From: Dirinaria sp. TL-2023a
Lineage: Eukaryota
Length of the DNA: 38,808 nt
Direction of reading: 5' to 3'
Assembly: GCA_051941275.1 (NCBI GenBank)
Contig: JAVEBF010000053.1
Coordinates: 1 to 38,808 of the forward strand
Part shown: positions 11,733-23,600 of the stretch, one piece after another
Layout: each line of letters starts with the position of its first letter
Numbering within the stretch: position 1 is the stretch's first letter
Program-made: the position numbers and the translations under genes
The notes under the pieces: generated by a model
What the model saw: only the letters and a program-made list of their open reading frames with translations
Databases searched by the model: none
Told to the model about the DNA's origin: nothing

Positions 11733-12025
11733 CAAGGGTTGCAAAACCCTTACGCTAATCAGATTCAGGTTTTCACAAAATCTCTGTCGGGTTATAGACC
11801 GAAAAATAATAATGCTTTCAGATCCAAACTGCAGTCTCACGCTAACTCAGTTAAGCTTCTGCTTTGATCTCTGTTGGATTGCGCAGGAGTGCTTTATGAT
11901 CCAGCTTACCTACATTAGGTTAGGGCAAGGGTAGTGAAGCGCTTACGCTAACCTAATCAAGGCTCTTATCTGATCTCTGTCGGGTTTCGAAAAACATGAT
12001 GCGTTCAGATCTAAACTGCAGTCCC
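11733..12025. repeat. Three imperfect non-coding direct repeats (about 90-105 bp units) upstream of URA4
   Basis: CTYACGCTAA at 11749, 11836 and 11942, each followed exactly 31 nt later by ATCTCTGTYGGRTT (11780, 11867, 11973). TTCAGATCYAAACTGCAGTC occurs in copies 1 and 3. Confidence 0.8.
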
Positions 12026-13192
12026 AGGGGTCAAAACAGGACATCCGTACGCAGACTTTCGAGGGACTAACCTTAATTGCCATAGCTTATCTCATATCTG
12101 AAGAGATATTTGATCCGAGTTGAAGAGAAAGAAGGATCATTTCGACGACAGCCGCAGTGATTTCCCCACGCTTCTCGTCGCTACACCAACATATGAGAGA
12201 GTACACTAATGCTGGATGGAAACTTGAATGTGTGCTCCTAGTTGAACGCTTTTAGCCAAGATAAGGCTCTGAAAAGGTTCCGCGATCGCATGCCCCATCA
12301 CGGCCAAGTCTGTTTTGTTTTCACCACCTTTTACGTGCCAGGTGAATGCTCTCTGGAGTCTCATCCGTGTGCTTTTTGAGATTCCATGTCTGTAGCTCCT
12401 CGATCTTCATAGGAACCTTCCCCTTGATTCACAGACGCTGCACCAGCCCTTTGGGCGTGAGAAGTCAGTACTGCGTTGCCACTTCGATTTTATCTTAACA
12501 TTTACAAGAGAAAGAATGAAGGGCGTCGTTAGTTGAGCTTCGCTGGATCCGCGATACAAGGCGGCATGGTCGAGCATCTGCTCCCCCCGAATAGGCAAAT
12601 TCGTGCAGTTTCGAGACGCGTACACTGTCCGTGGTTCATTCAGCCAGGGGATAACAGTGCACTTTAACAGCTTCCAAGGCGATATCAGGAACCGAGAACG
12701 TATTGAGCATTACGTTTAGTCTTCTTTCTTCTAGTCTTGTGACTATTTTTTGCTGTCAAATTTTATTGGACGGCCATGCTCTTTTTGTGGCACAGTATGG
12801 AAGACCCAAAGACATTCCTCATTAGTATCATTCATATTGTTCAGCTTCATTAGTGAGCCATTGCGGAATTTTAGCGGTTGAGTACCTTGATTTCGGCTAC
12901 GAAATGATTATGAAAGACCTAATTTTACATGTTTGAGCTTCATGATTGCCTATTTGGGAGCTCAAGAAAGCCCTCAAGGCCCCTGCTTAACTTGAGCAGA
13001 TTCCTCCTTGGCCGACCATGGATCAACTATGATCAAATCATAGGCTCCCTCAATGCTATAAAACCCTCAGGATCCTCGGGTGATAGGCTGATTATCGTAA
13101 ACTATCCTTTCTTCGACTGAAGCTCAAAATACTAGCCATCCAATGCTTTCTTGTCAGGATACAACCTTCTAAACGAGCATAGTTTATTTGCA

Positions 13193-13939
13193 ATGGCAGA
13201 TATGCAGCACGCAGTGCCTATGGCATCCTCTACTTGCTATGGTCTACCTTCACCAGCAACAACACCATCGCCCGATCTCGATTGGCTCGGAATTTGCAAA
13301 GACCCTCAAAACTACACGGTTGACAGCCTGCAAGCTCCACTTACAAGCTTACCCGTGTCAAGCCCCAGAACCAGCAATCACCAAATTCAAACGGTGGGTT
13401 CTGCCGCTCAGCCTGGTCCAAGAGTCCACCTGCCAAAACGAAGAAAGATCAATCGCCAATACAAACCAGTGGCACCTGCCGCTCAACCTGCTCCACGTCA
13501 CCCTGTGTCGAAAAGGAGAAAGATCAACCCCCAACCTCAAACATCCTCTCCTGCCTCTCACCCAGCTCGAAGACTTCCGGTCCCACCACCCGGAACAATC
13601 GATTCCCAACTCCAAACACCCTCTACCTCTGCTCAGCCTACCCCAAGACCCCCAAAATCAAGCCCCATCCCAATCGATCCCCGACTTCTAGCCATCTCTC
13701 CCCCAGCTCCACCCACTCCAGCTGTTGATTTACCTCCTCAGAAAAAAAGAAAAAGAACATCCCGAATCTCTTCCCACCGACTCAAGGCCGGCCTCGCCGA
13801 TTACAGGATCAACGTCTCTCTACTCCACAAAAACCACCTCGATCAACTGAAAAGCCTCGAAACAGTCGAAAGCAGGCACGCCCTGTGCCGGAAATGGAAA
13901 GAGATTACCGTAGCCGTGCCCGAGCTGTTGATGTCCTAA
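13193..13939 (+). CDS. Hypothetical Pro/Ser-rich protein with 25-aa internal repeats and NLS-like basic motifs, about 248 aa
   Basis: Long uninterrupted ORF from ATG 13193, in-frame 75-nt repeats, motifs PKRRKI, SKRRKI and QKKRKR. No family recognised. Confidence 0.5.
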   Translation: MADMQHAVPMASSTCYGLPSPATTPSPDLDWLGICKDPQNYTVDSLQAPLTSLPVSSPRTSNHQIQTVGSAAQPGPRVHLPKRRKINRQYKPVAPAAQPAPRHPVSKRRKINPQPQTSSPASHPARRLPVPPPGTIDSQLQTPSTSAQPTPRPPKSSPIPIDPRLLAISPPAPPTPAVDLPPQKKRKRTSRISSHRLKAGLADYRINVSLLHKNHLDQLKSLETVESRHALCRKWKEITVAVPELLMS

Positions 13940-14607
13940 GGCATGGATGCGTCGGAAATGACATTCGACTTTCTTGAAGGCTTTTACAAGAACACGGTGG
14001 CCAGAACGAGGCCACGCAATGGTCGCTCCTAGCTAGCGGTTGATGTGGGGCCGTGCCGTTGCAAGACAGGCATCAGGAGTTTTGCGGTTGAGGTTGATGG
14101 GTTTTTCTAGTTTCGTATGTTCTCCTTAATTTTGAATGTTCTCCTTAGTTTCGCATGGGATGGCCCACATGGGTAGGGATTGAAATTGTGGTTGTTGGCT
14201 GGGGGGGGGGGTTTAAAAAATATGGTGTGCTGTCGGTGCGGTCCGTCGAGTTCGGATCGTGGCCCAAAAAAAGAGGACGATGAAAGGATAAGCGGCACAG
14301 GAGACAATTGCGTCGGAAAATAAAATAAAAAAGAGTTCGCAGAAACGGTAGTGGTTTGGAAGGCTAGTTGGTTGCTGTGGGTTTCTTTGGTGAACGGCGT
14401 AAAAGTAATGCTTTCTTCTTTATACTTCTATCGTTTCTCTGTAGTTATAAATGAGCAACGAGTCAATTTCAATCTTTTTCCTAATTAAAAATATCAATCG
14501 ACTCAACATATGTGTGTAACCATGCATATATCCATTCTAGTAAGCAAAAGCATGCCCGTATCTTCGTCCACCTTTTCTAAGTTGAGAAAAAAAAAAAAAT
14601 CGCCAAT

Positions 14608-17600
14608 CTAGCCCCCTTGTCCGACCACCTCGCTGAACCACTGCCTCAGCGCTGTGGCTAGCACTCCTGGCAAATCCTTCACGTCTCTGACCACGAGATA
14701 ATACATGAAGGGGAACCCTTCCAAGTAGCGTTTGATCTTCAATTTCTGACCTCCTCCCCCACCACCACCACCACTATCAGGATGAGGATCGGGTTCGAAG
14801 ACAGCCTGGCTCATATCGACAATGCTCTCGTTGCCGCGCCCAGCATCGACGATGACGAAGACGATCATGATCCTCTCCTCCTGCGCCTGGCGCACCAATC
14901 TCCGGATCGAGTCGTGGTCTTCGCAGAGCCCGTCGCTGATGATGAGCATCAATTGCCAGAGCTCGCTAGAAGCAGCGGACGACGACGAAGACGCCGAAGA
15001 TTTGAGTTTCGCGTCGCGGAACAGGGTGATGGACTCGGCGACGAGTTTGCGGACGTTGGTTTTCGTCTGCCGGAAGCCGAGTTGCTGGATGATGCGCGCT
15101 CCGGCCTCCGGGGAGAAGGGGGTCCCGAATTCGTGCGCGACGCGGACATCTTCGCCGAAGCCGACGACGCAGATCTCGCCTGCCTCGAGCATGTTCAGGG
15201 ACTTGCTCACCAGGACGAGCGCTTCGAAGGCCAAGCCCCCGCTGCCGCTGTCGCCCATGGACTTGCTGTCGTCGACCGCCAGCATGATCTGGTAGTTCCG
15301 CTTTTGCGGCAGCGAGCGCCGCATCCAGATCTTGTCCCGCTTGTAGTTGGACGCGATGTACGGGATGATGCGTTTGATGTTCAGGCGCTTCCCGGTCCGG
15401 AAGTCGCCTCGCATTCGGGTTGCTTGGGTTGGGGTTAGGATGAGGCGGAGTTGCTCGGTAAGGATGAGAGAGTGGGTGTGCGTGACGGTTTCGTAGTGGG
15501 ACCAAAGTCGACGCGATTCAGTAGCTGTGCGTGTGGACGGAGGAGTGGATGATGCGGCTCCAGCCGTTGCAGGAAGGCTTTCAGCTTCTGACATCGTTTC
15601 GTTCTCTTCGATAGGGTTGGCATCCTCGATGTCCCGCGCTGAGGGTTCCAATTTGTCCGTCGTTGCGACAAATGAGCCTAATGCTGCCAGCTCCTTGTTT
15701 TCCGTGGAAGGAGGTTGCCGATTTTCAGCATCTTTCCTGATTTGATCATCATCATCTTCCAGAGCGTTTGACTTAAGATCATCCGGTACGAAGTCTTCCT
15801 GAGGATCTGTCATTTCCGTGTCAAGGATTTGCTGATCTAGTGCATGTGCTTGCTCTTCACTAGCTGCACCCAAAGCCTGCGTATCTGCTTCAGCGTTCTC
15901 ATTTTCAAGGTGCTCGAATGCTGGAACACTCAAATCTGGATCGCGTCCCTTCGGTAGGCTTTGGTCTGCCGAAGCATCTTGGATCTGCCGTTGTTGGCGA
16001 TGCCATTTCTCGAGCGCGTCTCCAAGCCTCTTAAAGGCCTGATCCCCAACGCTCTCACTCGCTGTTGTATCGTCACCTTCAGCTTCACCTGATCTCCCTG
16101 ATACTTGCTCGGCTTCTGTTTGATTTCCGGAGAGGTGCGCATCATTCTGGCTTGGGTTTCTTCGGGTATCGCCCTCATGTCCTTGAGCGCCTGCATTCTC
16201 TGCGTATTGGCCATTTTCTTCCTGTTGATGGTCCTGACCACCGCCATTCATATCGCTTGCAGCAATATTACTCAGGTCTGAGCCTTTATAATCTAAACGA
16301 TCATGAAGCGGTTTTTGATCCTCATCTACCTTGCCCTGGTCTGGCTCCGTGTCCACTGGTGAGCTAGTACCAAGCGCTTCGCTGTTGTCGTCTCCAACCC
16401 CTCGCTCTAAGGAGTCCCTTTCAGCGTGACTTTCCTCCTCCTTATTTTCGTCTTCCTTTATACTTTCCTCATCAACTTGCGAGACAATTTCCTCCCGAAT
16501 GTCCTCATTATCCAGACTGCCATCAAGATCGCTTCCTTGAGGCTCCGAAATAGAGGATTGCCCATCAATGTCCATATCCTCGGGCAAATTTAAATTTTGC
16601 TCTTGCCTAAGATGTGGATCAAGCTGCTCTATCTCGCGTTGTACCGCCTCATCTTGCTTTCCAAGCTCATCCTCGCTTGAGTCGTACTCTTCTTCGCCTG
16701 CAGTCTCATTTCTAGTGTCCTCCGCTACTCGATCTCTTTCTACTGTAGCCTGATGCTCCTTCTGCTTGTTTGTCTTTCCCCCAGATCCTTCCTTGTCTTC
16801 GTGCGAACTCTGGTTATCATCATCCCATAGCTTTTCGTCCACCGCTCCTGGGTCTCGATCGTCTACGTCTCCAACCTCTTCGTCTAAATCTTCATTCTTT
16901 TCATCCGCCGACTCTGCTTCTCCATCCGGGTCCGAATCATCTCCCATTTGACCTTCTAATTCGTCGTGATCCATATCCACTGCGTTGTCTTGCTTGTCGA
17001 TATCACCCTCATTTTCGTTCTGGCCTTCTTGGTGCGCGAGCTCGGATAAGTCTTCGTCATCCTGGACGTCCCTGCTGATGTCTTCTGCACCTTCACCTTG
17101 ACCAAGGCCGGTTCCACTCTCAAGCTTACCAGTGTCTTCATTACTTGATGTCGATGGGTCCGCTGGATCACAGAAACCTTGCGACTTGATAGTAGAGAGT
17201 GACTTTGCTAGTACAGCTGCTAGGTTACATAAGGCTTGATGCAACTCTGCGTAGCGGTGCAGCGCTTCTTGGTGGATGTCTCGGAACTTGGACACAATGG
17301 GTAAAGCCATAGCGAAGGCTGCTCCGGCAACCATGAGTTCCTGCCCATTGATCGGACTAATATATTGGATCTGATCCATTAAGTCACTGAAAAGCTTAGC
17401 AACCTTTCCGGACGATATAGAGCTGAGTACTCCCGAGAGAGCTCTGTCCGTCCGCACCATCCAAGCAGGCTCCTGTTCTGAAGTTGGGATACTTGTGACT
17501 CCACTTCGAAATCGCTGCACAGCTACTAGAATCGAGTTGAGGGCTTCAGTAATCTGCTCGTCCAATTTTACTAGATCCAAACTCCTTTCAGGACTTCTAG

Positions 17601-20600
17601 CCTTTGCGTCCTGGCTATTGTTATTCTGCGCCTTACCCCAGCTCTTATCATCATTGCAATCATCATACTTGATGGATCCTTCTTCCTTGGTGGTGAATTC
17701 TGTCCAGAGCTCAATATGTCGTAGGACAAACCTGAGCTTAGGATGCTCTTCGGCGAACCCTTTCAAATCACTCCGAAGTTCTTCAAGTATATCTCTGGCT
17801 TCTCGGTAGGTCTGCGCATGCTGAGTGGAAGTCAAACCTTGCGGTAATTTAGGAAGAGATTTTCCGGCAGTCACAGCACCATCAATTTTGAGTTTCCACT
17901 TGGTGAGAGCCTTGATGATTGTAGTATTATCGATCGCGCCAAGTATTCCATGTGTCTCCAGGAGGGTGCAACTGGTATCTAACAGTGCTGGAAGCCACTG
18001 TATACGATCTGCGACCTGGCGCCTTTCCTGCTTCAGGTCGTCGCAATACTTTTCAAGGTTGTACGCATTTGAAGGGGAGAGGTTTTGCATAAGTTCAACC
18101 ACGTCGTTGACAGCTCTAAGCTCGGAGAAGCCAGAGGCTAGGGCAGCTCTTTGCCCTAAGAGAATCGAGACAGAGCTCTCTAGATAGCCGACGCTTCGCG
18201 TCACCTCCTCATGACTCAAGTCTTCAGAATACTTGGTGTTCCTAATTTCAGGTAGATGATCCAAGACCTGGTTGAGACATAATTCTGCCACAGACATAAC
18301 ATCTGCTGCTTGCGAGCTGCTGCTTGCTGAGCAAGACGCTAAAATACTGGACAAGGAAGACTGCGGAGTAAGGACATCTGAAGTGACGTTCGATTTAAGA
18401 CCCATCTGGCGCATGTCCTTCAGTGTGTCAGTGAGCATTTTTCGCTTCCGTGTCCTCAAATGCTTTACAGCGTTGTCATTATCGCTGTTCAGCGACGATG
18501 GAGTCTCCGACCTCAGTGTTTCAATGTTTGCTACCGTGTCAGCAGCATATTCATGTAGGTGGCTAACGGCTTCAATAGCCCATGGTGGTAGCGCACACTT
18601 TGTGGCCATGATGTTTGTAGTAGTTTCCGGATGCCTTAAGCGCGGAGGTTTTGTGGCCCACTCCGGAAGGCTTTCTTCGCAAACCCGAAGAGCAGCTGTA
18701 TCCACAGGAATTGATCCAGTTGCTGAGAGGACTTGTGGAGATAAGTAGCTGGTATTGGAAGGGGCCCATCGTCGAAGGGTTTGCCCTGCTGATTGTGCTA
18801 GTAGAGCCCTATACTTGCGAACGACTTTGAAGAGCTTCTGGTGGGATCGCTTAGCGCTGTCTCTTAATGCATTTATGTTCGTATCTTTCCAGCTTGCCAA
18901 TAGCAGAATCTCCTGCAGCTCTTTTTCAAACGACTGACGACCCTTATGTATAGCTTCAACTACGAAGTCAGTGAATCGCTGGTAGAAGCTCAAAAAATTT
19001 CGAAGCGCATTGGAGATTCTACGCATTTCATGGAAATTTTCCGAAATGAGCTCGACGTGACCAACGAACAGGCTGATCAATTGGAGCCGAGGGTTAAAGT
19101 GACCTAGTGATGTTGTCATAACTTCGTCAATCAGAGTTGCGATGAGCTGCTCTGTGTGCAGGCGAAGATCTTGCCCGGCTACTATGATTGACATTGGCGC
19201 AGCAATTATGACTTCGTAGGTCACAAACCACCAGGCATCAACGTCATCTCTGCATTTTTTATCCTCCATATCTAGCAGTCGTGCCCACGTCGACAATTCT
19301 AAACGACGCCAGCGCAGAAGAATGTCAGTGAGCTGATCATACAACATGGCTGCAGAATATTCTCTGCTGGCAACAGCCTGCCATTCATAGACAAAGCCAT
19401 GTAGTTGCTCGGCCTTGGTCAGTAGTCTAGCTACTGGGGCCGCACGACGTGTTTCTAGTAGTTCGCGAGACGTCTTCAGAACATCACCAATTGTTGCGTG
19501 TTCCGGCCATGCCCGCTGAAGCCCGATGAATTTTGCTTGAAGTCGTTCTACCACCGTTAGGAGCTCTTGCGCCTCCCTTGGATTCTCGTCTGTATAGAAG
19601 TTGCCGTCGTTCGGGGTAGGAGGGGTACTACGCAGCTTCTTCTGATACTCCCCCAGCGTCAAGATCAACAGAGGTAAAAGCTCTTCAGTAGGGAATACAC
19701 GTGACTCGTCGACCGGCAGAGCAGCGATGTAGCGCGAAGTGCTACTGAGAAGCCTAAGGATGCGATGGGAAGTGGCTTGGTTTGTCTCGAACATGTCGCG
19801 CTGAAGACCAGCAAGCGTCTGGGAGAGCATCCTGGGGTCGTGAGTGAGGCTACCAGTCTTCGCTTCTTCGACCACGCTTGACTCGGCGTCGTTAAACAAC
19901 TCCTTGAGGCTTTCGAGATCTTTGTCTTCCCCGTCACTTCTACCCCGGTAGCGGTATAAAGCAGACCTAGCCGCATTCTCTTTCTGACCATCGCTTAATC
20001 TCTGCTTCCAATCGGTATAAAAACCGTGGAATAATTCACAAGCTGTATGCGCGGCGCTCCGCTTCCAAGTGCAGTCGATAGTATTGATAACGGTGAAGGA
20101 TTGAAGTCGTGTCAATCGTAACCCGTCATTTTGGTCACGTTCGTTCTCGAGCTTCGCAAACACCACGGAATCAGGTCTCAGGCGAAGGAAGGGTGTACAG
20201 TCACAAATTGTAGTAGCTTCAAAGTTTTGGGCGCCAGCACGGCTATGTGCCATGATAGAGAGGGCGAAACCGGCGTCTAGACCCTGAAGCAGGCCTATCG
20301 TAATGCTTGTAATATCTTCGTATACTCGGAAGTTTTTGCTCAATTGTTCGATTAAAGGAACAACGTTTGATCTTATCAACTCAACCAACGGTCTTTGTGA
20401 CGCATCGCCACTAATGAAGCTTTGGAGCGCTTCCTCTCCTGGTAGCTTGCTCACAACAGATTGCAGAATCGTGTTGAAAACAGTTTGCAGATTTCGGATT
20501 TGAGAGATTAGGGGCCGAGCTACCGCTGATACATGAGGCTCCTCGCCTAAGGCATACAGCTTTTGCTGAATGTCCTGACAGCGAAGATTCGTAGTACCGC

Positions 20601-23600
20601 CGGTGAAGGCTTTCTCGTACGTGACGAGAGCGTCAAGCTTTGTTTGGAGCTTGAACGTTCGGTTTCTGTAGCGGTCGCGCTCAATCAAGGGTCTTGAGGC
20701 AGGGTCGGCGGGGCGTTCTGGTGTATAAAGAATCAGGCAACCGGTGAAGAAATTTACCCAAGCACAAGCCGTGCTCCCCAATGCCTGTTGGCGTCTTCCA
20801 GCAAAGTGGTGCTCCTGTGCGCTACCCAAGCTTTCTAGAGCAGGATTGAGGAATTGAGAGACGACATCTTGGAAATTTGAGGCTGAGAGCTCGTTGTTAG
20901 GCTTTAAGTGAAGCGTCGTGGGCCAGTTAGTACGTGCGAGCGACCCTTCTGATATTCCAACAAGAAAGTCAGTGCAACAGACCAGCGCCGCTGAGTCGAG
21001 TAGATCATCATGCGCCAGAAGAACATGCGAAAAAATAGAACCCAGTAGCGCATTAACACCTTGGATTGCATTGCAGTCGAGGCAGTCGGTGAATGATGCT
21101 GTGCAATGTGAGAGATTTCCAACCTCTTCAGATAGTAATTTTAGGGATCTTAAAGGGACTTCGGAAGAGCATTCACTAGAAGAGTCAACTTCTATTCAAC
21201 AAGGGAAAATGCTATCTGTAAGACAGGCGCAAACCTACATTTTTTGAAGGATAGATTTGCCTAAATCACCTCGAATTGCGCTCAATGCACTCTCGCGCTG
21301 TTCAATGCCAGTACCATCGGCAACATTAATAAGAGATTTATAGGCGTCGTTTTTGGTCTCAGCATTGATCGCTCGTACTGTTGGCCAGCACGCCAGCAAG
21401 TCGAGCAATTGGTCTTCCCGAAGCATGATTTTGGCTTTAATACAGCTTTCATACTGGCGTAGAGCTTCGAACTCTGCTCGGAAATAGGGCCTAGTAAGAG
21501 ATTCTTCGGAGCTGGCCTGGTAACCCTCCATATCATGAAGAGCAGTCTCTATCTCCTAGTAGGTTTAGCCGGTGCCTTTAATAATCTGCAGGATTGAAAG
21601 TACCTGCAGCGAGCGATCGACCGCTAGATGTGTTTTAGATAACCCAAAATGCATACGCAGCATCGAGCTACGAAGACTACTAAGCTGCTGTAGAGAAGCC
21701 TTAGAAGCCCAAGCTAAGGAATCAAACCGCTCCAGCAACTTTTCGACTCGGATCTTTAATCCGAGTTCAGAAAGCGTCTGGGTTCGAGATACATTGAACC
21801 GTTTCCACAACCTTTCCATGCTATGGCCACATCTGGAAGGCTGACTTTCCATTAGCCTGTCTAATCCACGGGCTAAAGTGGTCGCTATGGCAGTCTGTGA
21901 TTCATCCTTTATCATAGAAGTGGCTATCGATCTACCGATATCTTGGTAGACTCTGAATGCATCCTGGTCCAAATGCGGTTTCTCGATAAGATCAGCTACT
22001 TCATTGAGATACCATAACACGTCTTCAATAGAGGCTATCTGCATAAGGAGTTAGCGAGGGTCTCGAAAGTGATTATACTTTATCATCCTACCCGTTGATG
22101 ATTAACCTCTCTAAGGTTTTCTATGCTCAGCACCCGCCGAATGGCTCGTCCGGTCGTTACTAAAAGATCTCGAGCAATTGGAATAGATGCTACTTCTCCG
22201 TTCAGAATTGGGCTGGAATGCTTCTGAAGCTGTTTCGCTTGACTCGCAATTTCTGATTCTCTCCCTTGTTCCTGTCTCTCCAGCCTGTGCTCGTATCTGC
22301 ATAATTCAAGAGAGATATCAAAAACACAGCCCAGCTGATGGAGGCTTGGCCTCATCAAGTCATCAGAACTAATACGGACGAGAGCTGGGTTGTTCGCGGG
22401 ATGAATTGTCTAGCTATTACTTTAATTGTGTCGAAAGTACGAGATGAAAGAAGTTGCTCACCTGCGCATCGAGGAGATCGCGCCAATGAACCTTCAAACT
22501 GAGATTTGTAAGGATTTCTTTATACCTACATCGAATAGCGTCGAAAATGAAGACGCACGACGTGGTCATGCGGTCGTAGAGCTCAAGCGTCCTTGAGAAT
22601 GGGAGCAAGTGCTGTGATGGCATTGCTAGTAAGCCTAATTCGACTTGCTTGTACCATCGGTGCATCACAGGAAACTCGGAGAGACGAAGATGATCGAAAC
22701 AAATTGCAGCGAGCTCAACCTGGAGCCCTTCCGCAAACCGATTCCAGTTGAAGTGCTTGAACATATTATAGCAATCAAGCCCATGGTCGATAGTACTCTG
22801 TGAACTATAGGATATGTCCGAGTGGACAGAAGCTGGGAGATGCAACTCAACAGACCGATTCCGCATGGCTCGAGAGAGCTCACCATGACTTGGATCCATG
22901 GTCAAAAAAAGTCTGAAGGAGGGATGAGGCTTAACGACGCGTGGGCTTCCATCAGGTGAGTGTTGTTCATTGATAATTAGGGATCCATTAGGCTCAAGTA
23001 GGGAATTGAGTCTGTCTAGGACTGAAGGATTACACAGATTTGCATTCTCCAAAACTAGCCAGCTACCATTTTGCATAGCATCCACTAGTATGCCGTCATT
23101 CCATTCGAAAAGAGCTCTAGCATCATCTTTTTCCTGCTGTATGATAGATTTGAATTCATTTACAAGGAGATGTAAGCCCTCGACAGAAGATTCCTCTGCG
23201 CATTTGCGAAGTAGTCCGACCACTATAGATAGCTCAGGTGAATTCTGTCGGGAAATCGCCGCTAAAGCTTCGAGGCTTTCAGAGCGTGCTCTACCAGCAA
23301 GCAAATTTTCAATCAAAAGTTGGTTTGAAAGGTTTCTTAGTCGTTTGAAAGACGATACGAGCTTGCGCTGCGGGTCTTGTTGCTCGTAGCCACCAATTAA
23401 GTCAATAGTATCTAAATCGGGGTTCAATGGGAGGAAGACGATCTCTACACCAGTGGCCTCTGCCAATTGAGAAATGATACTTGTCTTTCCAAAACCAGAA
23501 TGACCAATAAGAAGGCATGGCCATTGATTTTGTATGCAATGAACGATTGACTCAGCTATTGGGAGAGGTACGCGCCTACCGTAGCTCTGATCACGTGTAT

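Noticed and set aside
11733..12025. CRISPR-like array or C/D snoRNA cluster
   Set aside because: Fungal context, degenerate repeats, related linkers and no cas genes; no convincing RTGATGA/CTGA box pairs
14782..15505. Overlapping antisense and alternative-frame ORFs up to 218 aa
   Set aside because: Expected shadow ORFs of GC-rich midasin codons; the same applies to those over GH47 and PRO3
20830..22461. Midasin apparently split into two genes or pseudogenised
   Set aside because: Four short canonical introns join all pieces in frame to about 4950 aa, the normal size
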